A stretch of DNA of 64,000 nucleotides, taken from NCBI RefSeq assembly GCF_009914755.1, contig NC_060928.1; one strand, written 5' to 3'. Positions 1-14,039 of the stretch are shown here, piece after piece. Below the pieces are notes generated by a model. That model saw only the letters and a program-made list of their open reading frames with translations, was not told where the DNA came from and ran no database searches. The position numbers and the translations under genes were made by a program. Positions within the stretch are counted from its first letter, which is position 1. Every line of letters begins with the position of its first letter. The DNA is from the human T2T-CHM13v2.0 reference genome, Homo sapiens.

Positions 1-164
1 TTCTTTGTTTTAATGTTATTTTGCAGGCAATATTCTTTGGATTTCACAAAATTGCAGATTTACAAAGCAATACAGATTTACAAAGCAATACAAATTTAAA
101 ATGAAGCAAAACAAAACAAAAAATATGACCTTCAACACTGAGCATGTGAGCAGCACTGATCTAT

Positions 165-330
165 GGAGTAGGGGCAAGAGCTCTAGATGTGATTCTGGCT
201 GACCTTGGTTGGAGCCTGCCTCTGTCACTTAAAAGCTATTGGGACTTTGGGGAAATTACTTACAATTTCTGAGCTTTGGGCAAATTACTTACAATTGCTC
301 AGCTTTCAAATGATGATCATAACAAAATAT
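165..330 (+). mobile_element. MIR SINE fragment with internal 29-bp tandem duplication
   Basis: MIR core-like ctctgtcactt...gactttgggcaaattacttac; unit ctttggg(g/c)aaattacttacaatt starts at 245 and 274. Confidence 0.6.
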
Positions 331-366
331 TGGCATTTTGTCTCATACAGCACATTGGATCTAAAC

Positions 367-595
367 CAGGGCATTTCTGTCTCAGCACTGTTGATATTTT
401 TGGACAGATATTTCTTTAACACCCGTGTTAACAAGAGCTTGTGCGGGGCATGGTGGGATATTCAGCAGTGTGCCTAGTTTTGATCCACTAGATGTCAGTA
501 AGCATCCCTTGAATCTTGACAATTGAGATGGCTCCAGACATTGCCAAATGTCCTGAAGGGGGTGGGGATAAATTGTTCCTCGTTGAAAACCACTG
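367..595. mobile_element. MER20 (hAT-Charlie non-autonomous DNA transposon)
   Basis: Typical MER20 motifs cagcactgttgatattttggac, ccactagatgtcagta, ctccagacattgccaaatgtcc and end gttgaaaaccactg. Confidence 0.85.
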
Positions 596-1102
596 TTCTA
601 ATCTCACCACATAAGGAAAAACCTCACATATGGTTAAGTAAACTTTCATAAAATTTTAAGAAATGTTGACATTGTTAACAAAGCCAACATACTGTATCTT
701 AATAATTCCAACAGTCATTTTTTCTTGTAGCATTAATTTGATGGATTACATGTTCTCTTTCCTTTATAATTTTAAAAACATTTTAATTGCTGTGTTTTTA
801 ATATATGTATGATATGAAATGTTGGCTTACATTTATTGGCATGTTATATATATACATATGCATAAATACACATTCATGTATGTATATATGTATACATATA
901 CCCACATACATTTGTACACAAATACCAATTCATATACCTAAAAACACCTACCGATATATTATTGTATACATAGAGTAGTATATTATAATCACATATCTCT
1001 ATCACTTAAAATATAATCACATATAAAACACATATGTTACATAATATATGATTTGCTGAGGAAACAATAGATTCACTTTTCTAATCACATTTTTACTGTA
1101 GA

Positions 1103-1410
1103 GTTGTAGTATTCAACGCAGTAGCCACTAACCACATGTTTGGTACTTAAAATGTCTCTAGTTTGAATTGAAATGTGTTGTATATATAAAATAGACAGTG
1201 GATTTTGAAGACTTAGTAAAAAAAGTAAACTGAGTCAGTTTTATATCAGTTACAAAGTGAAATAACATCTGGGTTACTTGGAGTAAATAAGATATATAAT
1301 TAATTTTACCTATTCTCTTTTGCCTCTGTTAATGTGACTATCTGAAAATGTAAGATTACATATGTGTTCTGTGTCGGTATCTAACATTATATTTGTATTG
1401 GACAGCACTA
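1103..1410 (-). mobile_element. MER33 (hAT-Charlie)
   Basis: gtagccactaaccacatg, ggattttgaagacttagta, attacatatgtg...attatatttgtattggacagcac resemble the MER33 reverse complement. Confidence 0.75.
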
Positions 1411-2211
1411 CTGTACAATTTATACTCTGATTAAAATGTTGACCTTTCATATAATCTATTTTGCTGTAATTTTTTTCTCTTTTTTCTTTTGAATTCTTTA
1501 CAATAATATGTAATAAGTTATGTTAAAGGCATATGTCGCAATACTTTCTCTCAGGGTGAGATTTATTTAAATCAATATGTTCATGATACCTACAAATAAT
1601 AAAATATTAGTAAATATTCATTTCTATTATCATTATTGTTACTATTGTTGCTGTTATGTGTTTAGAAGTTTAGTTTCTCAGTACTTAAACCAGGGAAGGA
1701 AAAAGGAGAAAAACATTTTGAGTTCAAATTCTTCTCGTAGTTCACATTTATAAGCCAGCTGTTAATATTTTACATTTCTAAATAAGATGAGAATTGATGA
1801 CCTGAATACAGGCTCTTTGAGTACACCGTTCTCCATTAATTTTTATGCCCCTTAATCTCATCTTTTTAGCCCCACAGCGTTCATATGGAGGTACTCAGTA
1901 CATTTTTATTGAGTGTTTTCTGTTGTCTTCAGAAAAAATATGAAATTAAAATATTGATTATATCTTCTGAAGTTTTGATTAATTTATTTAATCAATTTGT
2001 ATTAATGGTAATAATTTTATTAAAAATTTATTAGAAAAAATTTTTCAACTCAATAGTGTAAGTAAATATACAATCTTTAAAAAATAAAGATATTCTTTTG
2101 TGAATTGAGTAAACTGATCAAAATAATTATAAAAGATATATGTGGACAAAGATATGAGTGGTTTTGTTGCTTTTCTGAACTTTATTCTTACCCTATGATG
2201 ACAAAGATGTA

Positions 2212-2549
2212 TAGTCCTTTCTTGGTATCCATTGAGGGACTGGCTTCAGGACTCCCATGCGTACTATAATCCATGAAAGCTCAAGTATCTTATGTAACGT
2301 AGTATAGTATTTATGTATAACCAAAGCACATCCTCCTGTATACTTTAAATAAACTCTAGATTACTTATAATACCTAATACAATTAAATGCTATGATAATA
2401 GCATACTGTTATTTACATAGTAGTTGTACTGTATTTTTTAATATATTACTTTTTATTGTTATATTGTTATATTTTATTTTTTAATATTTTCGATCTGTGG
2501 TTGATTGAATCTGTGAACGTAGAACCAATGGATAAGAAGGGGGGACTGT
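2212..2549 (+). mobile_element. MER2 (Tigger/TcMar non-autonomous DNA transposon)
   Basis: gcacatcctcctgtatactttaaat..ctctagattacttataatacctaatacaat; degenerate TIRs ending gactg followed by TA. Confidence 0.85.
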
Positions 2550-3419
2550 ACTAATATAAAAATAAATAAATGTTTTAAATTGACATTTACCATAAGAAAA
2601 TCAAATTGATGCTAATGTGTGAATATTCATCATATATAATGGATTAACTTATTTCCTATGTATCTAGAATAGTACAAGTATGTACAAGTTATGTAGTAAC
2701 TTGAAAAAAAATAGTAACTCCATCATTTTCTGTGTTATTGTTGGTTGTTCACACGAGGAACCTGAGATAGTTTCTATAGAAATCTTCTAATTTTTCTATA
2801 TTTGAATATTTGCCTTTTCTTAAATAATCCAGATTTAAGGAGAGAAACCTCTTAAAACAACCAAAACCAAAGAGAATCTGATCAGTTTGTTCATTAATCA
2901 GAAAAAAAGAACACAGCATTTTATTTTTAATTACTGTAAAATCAATCCTGAATGACAGCAACAGAAGTCAACATTCAAGACAGACAAGGTAGTAAACCTC
3001 AGGAGACAACAGAAGTATTCAGAAGGGTTGAACTAAGGTTGCAAAGAAAAAATAGAAATTGGGCAGAACAAAGTAAAAATGCTAAAATACAATAAGAGTA
3101 GAAAGCAGAGATAGCCCCTGAGGGATATCTAAAGTTCCACATTAACATTTCAGGTAAGTCTGCATGTACATAAAAATACTACAGCTGAAGAGGGCAATTA
3201 GTGTAAGGGCAAGCTGAGTTCTGCCTTCTAGGCCCTCTAAAGATATCATATCACTGTAAGTAGTGTTACTGTGAAAGGAAAATGAAACAATAGCTTGTAT
3301 CCACTTGAGGAGAATTGTACTGTAATTTTAGTACGTGGCAAGTTAGTCTGTTATAGTGTGAATTCCTGTAATGTGAACATTGATCCATACAGAAATAGAA
3401 TCCAAAGTAGCAGGAGCGG

Positions 3420-3990
3420 AAGGCATGTATTTAAATATGAATCCGAAGAAGAATGTAAGTAAGATGAAATCATTAAAGGGGAAACTAGAGACTTATAGAT
3501 AAAATAGTGTAAATAAAAAGGGTCGAAGACAGAATGCAAGGGTGGGAGGTAGGGAATGCAAGTGTAGTCAGCAACTTTGGGTCAGTGACTGGAAAGAGAT
3601 GGGAGGGATCAAGGACCTTACTTTTTAATAAAAAAAGAATGAAGCTTGTCTGTATTCTGACAGGAGGAGAAAATTGGTAATAGAGGAGAGAAATCATACA
3701 ACGATAAGAGGGAAGTCTTTAGATTGCAAGTTAAGAAAAAAATGTTGAGCACTATTTGAGGCTTTGACCTTAGCTAATAATAGGGACAATTCATCAATTC
3801 AAAAGTTAGAAGGCAGAGTATGTTAGAATACATGGAAGCAGCCTTGTGTTTGCTTAATGGAAAGTCAGGAACAGTGGAGGGTGATGTTGCTTGTTTGAGA
3901 AAAGAGTACAAAATGTCTATTTTTCCTCTCTAAGAATGAAAGAGCAAACTACTGAAGGATAAGTAAGTATTGGATGCTGGGGCATTCTGA
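3420..3990 (-). mobile_element. highly diverged L2 LINE fragment
   Basis: Purine-rich stretch with L2-like ttgaccttag..agggacaattcatc..gaaggcagagtatg; boundaries uncertain. Confidence 0.45.
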
Positions 3991-4179
3991 AGGCCCAGCT
4001 GATACTTGGACTTATACATGTGTGTTGAGTTTTGTTGGAATCACGACTTATTTTCATGGGTCCATGCAATTGAATGGGACATTCATGCTTTTACATGATA
4101 ACTTTGGCTTTGTTTCAAACTTAGATTAAAATATTCTTTATTCCTTTTAAAGAATGGTTTGACTTGATGCAAAATGCAG

Positions 4180-4292
4180 CCTCTCCATGCCTCATCTGTG
4201 TATTGGGGAAACTATTACCTGTCTGATAGGCTCATGTGAGAATTAAATGATGTAGAACTTGTAGCACAGTACCCAGCAATAAGCACCCATCC
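4180..4292 (+). mobile_element. MIR fragment
   Basis: cctcatctgt...gtgagaattaaatga...tagcacagtacccagca MIR core/3' end. Confidence 0.65.
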
Positions 4293-4439
4293 ATTGTAAG
4301 TTATTCTTATTGATATTATATCCTTTAGAAAAGTGTCAATAACCAGCGACCTTTTGTGAACCAGGTACTTGGGATTCAATGAAGGTATAGTTGTTAGAGA
4401 TGTCACTGGTATTAATAAGCAGAAAACTTGCTTATGATA

Positions 4440-4689
4440 CCTCAACTGTACGGGGCTTTATTTTTCTCATCAACATAATCACAGTTAAGGGCTGGATCTG
4501 TGCTCAAGAATGTATTCAGAAACCAGTGATCCTTCTTTATTGTCTGCTGCCATCTTAGTGTATGGCCTTTGTCCCTGTGATTGAAAAATGGCTACCATCC
4601 CAATAGGCTTTGCATCAGAGTTCCAGGTAAGAAGATGAGGGGACTATAAGTATGAATGACTAATGCGTGGGCCATTGAGAGTGTGTGTC

Positions 4690-4728
<39 letters not shown>

Positions 4729-4923
4729 GGTAAAGCAATAGCTTTCCTGAAAGAACCGATCTGTTGACTTTCTCTTGTTTCTCATTGGCTTGAACTCCCA
4801 AGACACCAGGTAGCCTAGAGAGCTATTTTATCAGGACAGATTGTGTGATGAATTAAATTGGGGTTTTCTTTTTAAAGTAGCATAGAATGCATATTTGTTG
4901 GGCAGCTAACTACCCCTACCACA
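4440..4923 (-). mobile_element. old MaLR solo LTR (MLT1I/J/K-like) containing a (TG)n tract
   Basis: ctgctgccatcttagtg, aaaatggct, tctcattggc, terminus ctaccaca. Confidence 0.5.
4692..4726 (+). repeat. (TG)17 microsatellite
   Basis: Pure TG run seen directly. Confidence 0.95.
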
Positions 4924-5474
4924 GAGTAGCAAGGAACGTTATTTTCCTTGGGGAAGCCTATTTAGTTGAGGACAGAAACGTATTAACTTTTATTCACAAA
5001 TTCAAACATGTATAGGGCCAGGCAGAAGATAAAATTGAGTGCATTGGGTTGGATAAAAAATTACAGAGCATGTGTCATGACTAAAGTGGTTAAGAAATGA
5101 AGAAGTTCTAAATTAAAGATGGCTTAAAAATTAAGAAGTTCTAAAAAATTGCTGCTGTGAGATCTCTGGACTCAATATGCTTAGATGTTTTGCTTTGTCA
5201 ATGAAAGTTTAAAGTTTGGTTTTATGTAAACTATTCAATTTTTCTTAAGAATTATAAACTAGGTTATTATATTTTTAATGTGGAAGCCAAACAAAATATG
5301 TCTATGGTCTAGATTCAATACAATTCACCTCTGACTTGTATATTTAGGTATCTTGAAATATGACGAAGGCTTCAACAGGAGTGCCTGCATAGTGCTATGG
5401 GAGCTTCATGAACTAACATGCTCATAATGAAGGAATTTGTTTTTCTTTAGTGTTGTATGAAAATACTGGATACC

Positions 5475-5632
5475 ATAGAATAATAAATTTTTACAATAAA
5501 ATGGTCCTAAATAATCATTTTATTCAGTCTGTTATTTTATATATGAAGAAATTGAGGCCTAGAGAAATAAAGTTACTTTCAAGGCTACAGAACAACATTC
5601 TAGAATCTTGGTTTCTTGCTTCCTAGTCCAAG
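5475..5632 (-). mobile_element. MIR3/MIRc fragment
   Basis: attttatatatgaagaaattgaggcctagaga..aagttact..caaggctacag..ttcctagtcca. Confidence 0.6.
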
Positions 5633-8496
5633 GATGCTTCCTAACTCAGCATGCATGTTCATACAAGTCAGGCGGAGGAGAGGATTGAAATGGGCTGAAA
5701 CTGAAAAGGCGATTGACCTAGTCCACTGGACTTGTGATGCAGAAATAATAGATAATGTTTTAAACACTCCTGTCAATTCACCACAGTGATAATGCCAGGG
5801 AAGAAGAATAGTTTATAGAGACTGTGAAAATAACTCAGTTGAAGGCTATTTCACAGCCTTTGAGTCAATAATTAATTCTGCCAACAGGTAGTCCTGTTAT
5901 CCTTCTCTGAAGGTCGTGCAGTTGCTCATGTTTTATTAAGATTTTGTGAGAAAGAAATGACTCCAAATAAGCTCACATCAAGGACTTTCTTAATATAGTC
6001 GAATATTTGCATTGGGTTGTTTCCAAACAATCCTATCTTTCAGTGGATATGTTTCTGAATTTGCATAAAGATGCAATATTGGAGGTTTTTTAGTTCATTT
6101 AAAACACCTCAATTTTCTGAGATTTACTATTAGCATAGGATACATTATATTTATTATACTGGGTTTGCTCAGGTTGGGAAGGCTGCAATAGCTTATAGAA
6201 ATTTTTTGATCAGAATAGATTAAATTAAGAAAGTGATTAAACAGTTTCGGGAATTGACTATTTTAAAATGTTAATTTAGAATAGCTCATTTTTAGAATAC
6301 TCAGGTTACTATTATTAGTAACTTTGTCTGGTTTAACCACCCTTTAGTCTTTATTAATGAAAAACTTAGCTCCATATCTTCTTTTTAACCTGGTGAGTTT
6401 TTATTTTAAACATATTCAGCATGATTCAGAAACAAAAAAGGTGAAGGATATCTGGCTATTAGTTAAATCAAAACTTACCTGTTTAAGCTGAATAGTTCTT
6501 CATCTCCTAATTTAGAGCTCAGTTGGAGCCTGTGCTCTCTGTTTTTCAATTTGTCCATTAATCTCTTTTTTCAGCCTTGTTCTTTAAATGATACTAATGC
6601 TGATAACTTAAGAGTTCATTTGTTTTTTTTCCCAGTATAAATGCCCCAATTTGTGCTAGGCATAGCTTCACCTAAACCTCTTAGGCAGATGTATATCTAG
6701 CTCCTCAGGATTTTTTTTTCTCTCCAGGGAGGAAGATTCCATAAACTCCCTTGGCAACCAGTTCTAGTGTTTAATGGAACATGTCCATTCATCTACATTA
6801 ATATTTGTAATTCTACAGCACATTTCTTCTGAGTAGCTCTTGGCACTTTAAAATAGTATTTCAATCCCCAAGACATCCATAGAAGTAGGTGGTAAGCTTC
6901 ATTATACTCCTAAAGGGCACAAACAGCATCTTCATACATGTTATTTTCAGTGCTCAGGACATTGTGAATACTTTAGAAATGTTTAATAATCAGAATAGTA
7001 ATTTTACAGATGGACGGATTGAGAAAAAGCAGATTTAGCTCCTCTCCCAGTGCCCACAACTGAGGAAACAAGATGGAGAATTTCTGAGTTACACAAGCAA
7101 GGGTCTGCAATGTTTTTCCATAAACCTCTCATACCAGGCTTGATGATTTGCTTAGAAATTAGACATTTTTAAAAATTGCAAAAAAAAAAAAACAGCAAAT
7201 AGTCCAGGTACTTCCTACACAATTCTGATATTATGCAGTGAGTTATGGGTTTAAACATACTTGAGACCAATAACAGCAAATGAGATAAACTCCATCATTA
7301 GAATTTCTCATTTTGGTGTCTCATTTCTCATTTTGGTGAGAAAATCACAGAATCTATTGGTTGCATCTAGCTGCCCATTATAATACGGAAGCATTATCAT
7401 ATTACCTGGTATATGTTGAAAAAGCCCTCTCTAAATAGAGCTGTGAAACTTTCAAACTCCTACCAATTAAAGTATTTCCAACTTGTGTCTCTTCTCATTT
7501 GGGTCCTGGTAAGTCTTCACAATACTATTAGATAAATACATTGGAGATATCTCACATGTCCTTGATCATAAAATACAATTTCATTATAGAAGGGAGTTTT
7601 TGAGAGCATAGTGGTTTATCTCAAAAACTAAAAGCAGAAATGTCAAGACAAATGTCATGGGTCAGTAGGAAGAAATATTTGGGGGGAGCTAGTTTCCTTA
7701 AAGTCACCTGAATTTTGTTGCATAAATATCTACTGAATCTTTGAGTAGGAACGGTCATGGGCAGTTGTATTTATTAATTTGGAAAATTAAGTTTGCATTA
7801 AAGATTAAATTTTGCCGCATTACCAAGTTCAGTAGCTTAGAAGCCATTGCCATGCTCAAAAAGTTCAGTCTGTCTAATATAGATGTTTTCTGGGACTTGG
7901 ATGACTCAAATCATGTGACTGGTAAGCCAGCTTATTGGTTAATTTTCTTACTTGTGCATGTTGTGTTTTCAAAAGCAAGTGTTCTAGGCAGGTTCTGAAA
8001 ATAGTTCCAAATCTGAGATATTTATGCTTAACCTGATTTTCCTCAGCTGTTTGAAAATTTAAGATTAAATCTGAAAATCCTGTGGATGAGTGAATGTGTT
8101 TATATAAAATAAAAAATAGAGGGGGAAAGGGATCTCTGTCTCCTTTATCTAAAGGAGGAGGAGGAGGAGAGAGAAAGAAATATAAGTGTGTGTTTGTGTG
8201 TGGGAAAGAGATGGAGAGCGCAACAGAGGGAATATTCGAGTGCTCATTCCAACAGGCTGAGTGTTGAGAGTGTCACAGACAGGGATGTAAATGGATCTAC
8301 TTTTACCACCTCTCTAGGGAGCATGTGTTATGAAGCTCTCATGTACCTTTCTGAAAGATACTGTTACTGAATGGAAAATATGACTTCACTCAGACCTATA
8401 GTCCCATTCATTCTGGGGAGTATCTGAAATTCTAATAGAGAAATAAGGGAAAGAAGAGTTTCATAGAGACATTCGTGGAAGGAAACATTTGTAATC

Positions 8497-8823
8497 TTTT
8501 TTTTTTTTTTTTTTTTTTTGAGATGGATTGTCACTCTGTAGCCCAGGCTGGAGTGCAGTGGCGTGATCTCCGCTCACTGCAAGCTCCGCCTCCCAGATTC
8601 ACGCCATTCTCCTGCCTCAGCCTCCTGAGTAGCTGGGACTACAGGCGCCCGCCACCACGCCCGGCTTTTTTTCTTTTTTTTTTTTTTTTTTTTTTTTTTA
8701 TTGTTAGTAGAGACGGGATTTCACCGTGTTAGCCAGGATGGTCTCGATCTCCTGACCTTGTGATCCGCCCGCCGCGGACTCCCAGAGTGCTGGGATTGCA
8801 GGCGAGAGCCACCGCGCCTGGCC
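8497..8823 (-). mobile_element. AluY with expanded middle A-rich linker
   Basis: AluY diagnostics (gcaagctccgcc, cacgccattc, accgtgttagccaggatggtctcgatc); 15-bp TSD acatttgtaatcttt at 8485 and 8824. Confidence 0.95.
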
Positions 8824-9744
8824 ACATTTGTAATCTTTATCCAGCAGGCAGCAGTGTGAAGTGTCTTGCTCTCGGAAGAGTTTGCTTTAGTGCCTGGTGC
8901 ATTGGAAGTCTTCAGATCATGTAGACACTGTAACATGTCATGCTAAAGAAAGATCGAAGAAAATATCAATGCATTGAATAATTTAGAAAAAAACAGAATT
9001 ATTTGTAAAGTATAAAATTATAAATATGGACATGTCTCACATTTAAGGTTGATACTAGCATGAATATATTTGGAAGTAGTAATGTAAGTGAAAAAACAAA
9101 CGAGCATTTATTATCATGCCGTTGATCAACAGGAGTAAGCCTGACGTGTAAACAGAGTGTCATCCAAACGTTTTCTATCACTTGATTCCAGGGGGAAGAA
9201 ACCAAATTTTGTGGCATATCAAAATTCATGTTGTAAAAATTCTTCATTTGCTTTCCAACCTACACCTGGGTGGGTGGGACACTGAATATTCATTCTACAT
9301 AAAAGATCATGCATAATAACCAAATAGAAGCCTAGGCAACTCTAGACTTCAGAAATAAATACTATATTCTATTTTCCTAATTATATTTCTCTTTAAAAAA
9401 ACCTGAACCACCTACACATATCAGTGACATGGTACTAGTTCCTATAAATTGAAATGGTAGAAGTAAAACTTGCATGAGTATTATTCAAATAACAGGATGC
9501 AGGTGTAAATGGAAGCATTCCATCTAATTGACAATCTTGGTGCTGTGAGGAGAAAGGTGAGCTGTCAGCTATGACACTAATGAACTATTTGGCTGAGTAA
9601 ATAGATTTTCTGTGTGCAATGCAAAGCATGTTGCTTTTAAGCATATATTCATAATTAGATGGTACTAATAAAATTGGCCAATTCTATATATAATGCCTGA
9701 GGTACATAAAATAAATAATGAACTTAAGGAAATAAGTTTCAAGT

Positions 9745-9965
9745 GTCAGGCATTGACTGTCATCACAAATCCCATTTCTATTACTTTCATGCTTATGACC
9801 TTGGCTAGGTAATTTAACACAAATAAACGTAAGTTTATTATCTAAATTATGGAACTAAATTTTTTTTTACCTTATAGGGTAGTTTAAGAATTTTTCAGCT
9901 AGTATTCACAAGTTGTATAGTCTTGTGTCTATAGCATAGTAAATAGTCTATAAATGGTAGTTATT
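9745..9965 (+). mobile_element. MIR fragment
   Basis: aaatcccatttcta ttact...tgaccttgg..ggtaatttaac...taccttatagggtagtt...gcatagtaaatagtctataaatggtagttatt. Confidence 0.55.
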
Positions 9966-10351
9966 TATTAATAAAACTCAAAAAAGTTTAAAATGCAGTA
10001 CTGTAAAATTTCTAACCTGTAAATACTGTGCACTAATAGTAAGTTTTGGTAAGATGACACCTCTGCAGTGACAAGTAAGAGTTTGTATATTTGTAATTGA
10101 TATTATACAATACTATGTATGACTATTATTCAGGCATTGAGGACAGGATCCCATGGTTCCAAACTTTCCATTAAATAACCCACCCTAATTGATATCTGGA
10201 GAATCTAGGGCAGGTGCAAAGAATGTCTTATTAAGTATTATGATAATAATAAAATGAATTATGACTTACATGACTATTGTTTCATAGTTTTGTATATAAA
10301 GATAAGTACTCTAATCTTACCTTTCTTCTATATGTATGGATTTAGAGCATT

Positions 10352-11075
10352 TTATGTAGGCTTTTATTGCTATAAACTTCCCTCTTAGAACTACTTTTGC
10401 TGTATCCCATATGTTTTGGAATATAGCGTTTCTATTTTCATTTGTCTTGAGAAATTTTTACATTTTCTTCTCGATTTCTTCATTGACTCATTCATTGGTC
10501 AGAAGCATGTTATTTAATTTCCATGAATGTATACACTTTCTTGTTTTGATTGATTTCTAGCTTTATTTCACTGTGGTTAGAAAAGATACTTGACATTATT
10601 TTGATTTTTAAAAATGTAATAAGACTTGTTTTGTGACCTAACCTATGATCCATCCTGGAGGATGTTTCATGTACTGTTGAGAAAAATGTGTATTCTGCAG
10701 TTGTTGGATGGAATGGTCCACAAATGTCTATTAGGTCCATTTGGTCTAGGCTGAACTCCAATATTTCTTTTTTGATTTTCTGTCTGGAGGATCTGCCCAT
10801 TGCTGAAACTGGAGTGTTAAAGTCCCTTACTATTCTTGTATTGTAGTCAATTCTTTCCTTTTAGGTCTAATAATATTTGTTTTATATATTTAGAGGCTCT
10901 GGTGATGGGTGCATATATATATACAATTATATCCTCTTACTGTGTTGACCCCTTTATTATTATAGAATGGTCTTCTTTGTCTTCTTTTTAACCCATTCTT
11001 GACTTTAAGTCTATTTTATTTGATATAAGTGTAGTTACTTCTGCTCTCTTTTTATTCCCATTTGCATGGTATATG
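10352..11075 (-). mobile_element. L1 (L1M/L1MA-type) ORF2 endonuclease-region fragment
   Basis: ORF 10510-10800(-) reads DQMDLIDI..FHPTTAEYTFFS..H.T.SRMDH.LGHK..L, the L1 ORF2 endonuclease; degenerate. Confidence 0.9.
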
Positions 11076-11559
11076 TCCAGAATACTTTAAAGTCATGATT
11101 TTGAAGATAGTGATTGATTTAACAAAGGAGGCAAATGTAACAGCAAGAATCAGAAACCTTTTGATATATATTGTTTGTAAAGAACCTCTTAAAATTATTA
11201 AATGAATTGATACAGTGATTTTTAAATGTATTGGCTAATTTATTAACTAATTTGGTAATTCCACAAAAATATACTGGATGACTTCTTTGTTCAAAGTATT
11301 GTGATCCAGATAAATGAGAAAGTTGATAGAATACAAACAAAAATGTAAAGGAAATCACAGAGTTGCCATAGAAATGTATAGAGAAGAGGCATTCACTTCT
11401 CTTGTTGAAAGTGTTCTTCTGGTACAGTACAAATGTTAATTTGGAGCTACTGTATCATGTTATTAAAAGTTCTAGTGTGATAATACAATCTCTCCTTTCT
11501 GCCTCAAGTGGCTAAGTGTATTTGTTCTAAGATTTGTGTTTGTTTAATTTTAAAATTTC

Positions 11560-11800
11560 ATTCGCTATGCTAGTCACTCTGGAATGCTTGATTTCCCAAT
11601 CAGCCTAGTCCCTAGACCTCCCTGACCCCAGCTCTGCCATTTAAGGTGCAAGTTTCTCCCTCTTTCTTTCCCATAACTCATGGTATTCCCCTAATGTAGA
11701 ATTTCTAGGTATGGCTATTTTTCTAGAGGATCAACTTCTTGCAAGTTACAGCCATGTCTTATTCATGGCTGCATTCACTGGGTCTGCCACAGTGGGAAAT
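11560..11800 (+). mobile_element. L2 3' fragment
   Basis: ctctggaatgct..., caacttcttgcaagttacagccatgtcttattcat..gcattcac..ggtctgccacagtg. Confidence 0.45.
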
Positions 11801-14039
11801 AACTCACATTCCATGGTTTTAGAATACATGCATTAAACTATTTTCAGTAAATCTTGCTTCTAAATTCTTTTTTTCCACATTTTTTTCTAATATCTCATTA
11901 TGTGTATTGGATGAATAAATGGTTGGCCGAAAGAACTAGTGAATAAATTTTGCACCTCCATACATAAAATGGAGTTTGCTAGAAGTCATTTCAGAACTCC
12001 AAAACAAACAATAACAGACATAAAAACCTAAATATACAAAAGCATCATGTATGTGTAAGTGGAAGCAGTTTGTCAACTGACTTTTAAGGGTGTCAGGAGT
12101 TGGCTATTGGGTCTTTGCTTTGTGTTTCCATATTCATTGAATTTTCCGGTGCCATTTTTCCTGTCCCTCCCCACTGCCCAACTGCTTTTTGTGTGGTAAT
12201 TGTTGTTTTTGGCGTGTATGTGTTTCCTGGGTGCATGGCTCCTGAGTTATTCTGAATATCAAGATTGGGTTGGGAAAGCCAGCCTTTATCCATTGTCTTC
12301 CAATTAATCCCACTGTTTCTGAGCTCAGGATTTACTACCAATTTGTATTGTACATGGCCTTTCAGAACCTCACAACTTCCCAGTGCCCAGGGTTCTGCAA
12401 AGCTCAAGAGCTTCATTCTTTGTTTTAGGTCTTTCTGACCTTTAACTTTTATTAACTGGCTGTATTAGCGATCATTGTTCCACCCTCTCCTTCTGTCTTT
12501 AATAAATTTCAATTTCTTAAAATCTTCTGGGCATGCATCATCTCACAATTTTTGTTCCCTTTGCTGTGGTCATTTTATGCTTTTTATTATTTGTGGTATT
12601 AGTTTATTATCATTTTAATGGATCCTGGAAGTGAGACAAGGCAAATGTTTATTTTGCTCCATCTTGCATATAATTCTAGAATCTCTACCCCTTCCCAATA
12701 CTGTTTAAACATTTGTTTAAATTTTGGAAAGTGTTGAGGGATTATGGAAAAATAAAATAAAATAGATTGAACATAAAATAAGGAATTTGTTACATACTCT
12801 GTTATAACTAGAACTTTTAGGAACTTTTCTCAAAAATTTTCTGCTGCTGATACCTAGATATCTAGCGTCATTATATATAATAAAGATGAAGTTAATTTGT
12901 ATGCACAGAGTACAAGTGAAATTATTTGAGGGTTATTTTTTCTATTTTCTATATTGACTAAATTGTTTCCAAATCCCTATGTTCTTTTTCATGTTTCAGT
13001 TTTCTGTTATAATTTTCCCAACCACAGAAGTTCTTGGAAGACATATTAAAGGTAGGAAATGTGGATAGTGAAATTAATTCTATATCCTTGGAAATAGCAC
13101 TATGCCAACATTATTTGTTCTCTGAATTTCAGATGACTTGAACCATTTTCAGGAGGTTCAAATAGCTGATCTCAGTCAAGATTAGGAGCCAACCTGTGGT
13201 TGAAGAGTAAAGTTTTTATTTTTATTCCACAGGGATTGGTGTTGGCTAACAAAATGTTTGCTTGTTTGTTTTTAATTTAACATCAAAAACACAATCTACT
13301 TTACCGGGAAAGAAACCAATTTCCATTTTATGTAGCTAAAAATTACATTCTGTAGTGAGTCAGATGTAGAAATATACATTATCTATGCCTTAGTTCAGAT
13401 TTATTCCAGTGATGTTTGTATGTCACTTTTCATATGATGTCCTAGGAAACTGATGGCTGGTTTTATTTTTAAGCTGGCTATGGGCACAAGGAAGGCTATA
13501 TTTAGCTCTGGCCCTGCAGTTTATATCTGATGCTCTGACTCTGATGGAAGAGACAAAATATGTCTACTATTTGTCCATTTATCTTGTCTTCTTCAAAATC
13601 TCCCTTTCCTTTTGAAACTATGGCTTTTGAAAGAGCTTTCATGTCTCGTCACAATTGCAAAGCCAGTATAATTCTCTGAGCATTGTGCGTTTGCTCATAC
13701 TGTCCAATCCAATGGGACACCAATTTATCCTGGCTCCAATCCTCACCTATAAAAGCTTTCTTATCTTTCAATATTTAGTAAAAACGTTACTGGCTTCATA
13801 AAACATCTTCTAGTACCCACAACTGGGTATAACCACTTATTGACAACTGCCATGGGAATTTTTGGTAGATCTTATAATTTTATATTTTAACTAATTAGAA
13901 AGTTATCTGATATATCCCACATGAGAAGTCCTTTAAATATCAAAACATATCTCATTCCTTATTTGATTGTATTTTAACACCTATCTCATTATTCTTTATA
14001 TATGTATGTATCTATTATTTGTATACTATAGAATAGTAG

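Noticed and set aside
12093-12680. 107-aa ORF and possible old L1/HAL1 5' remnant
   Set aside because: No recognisable protein; repeat identity too uncertain to call by eye
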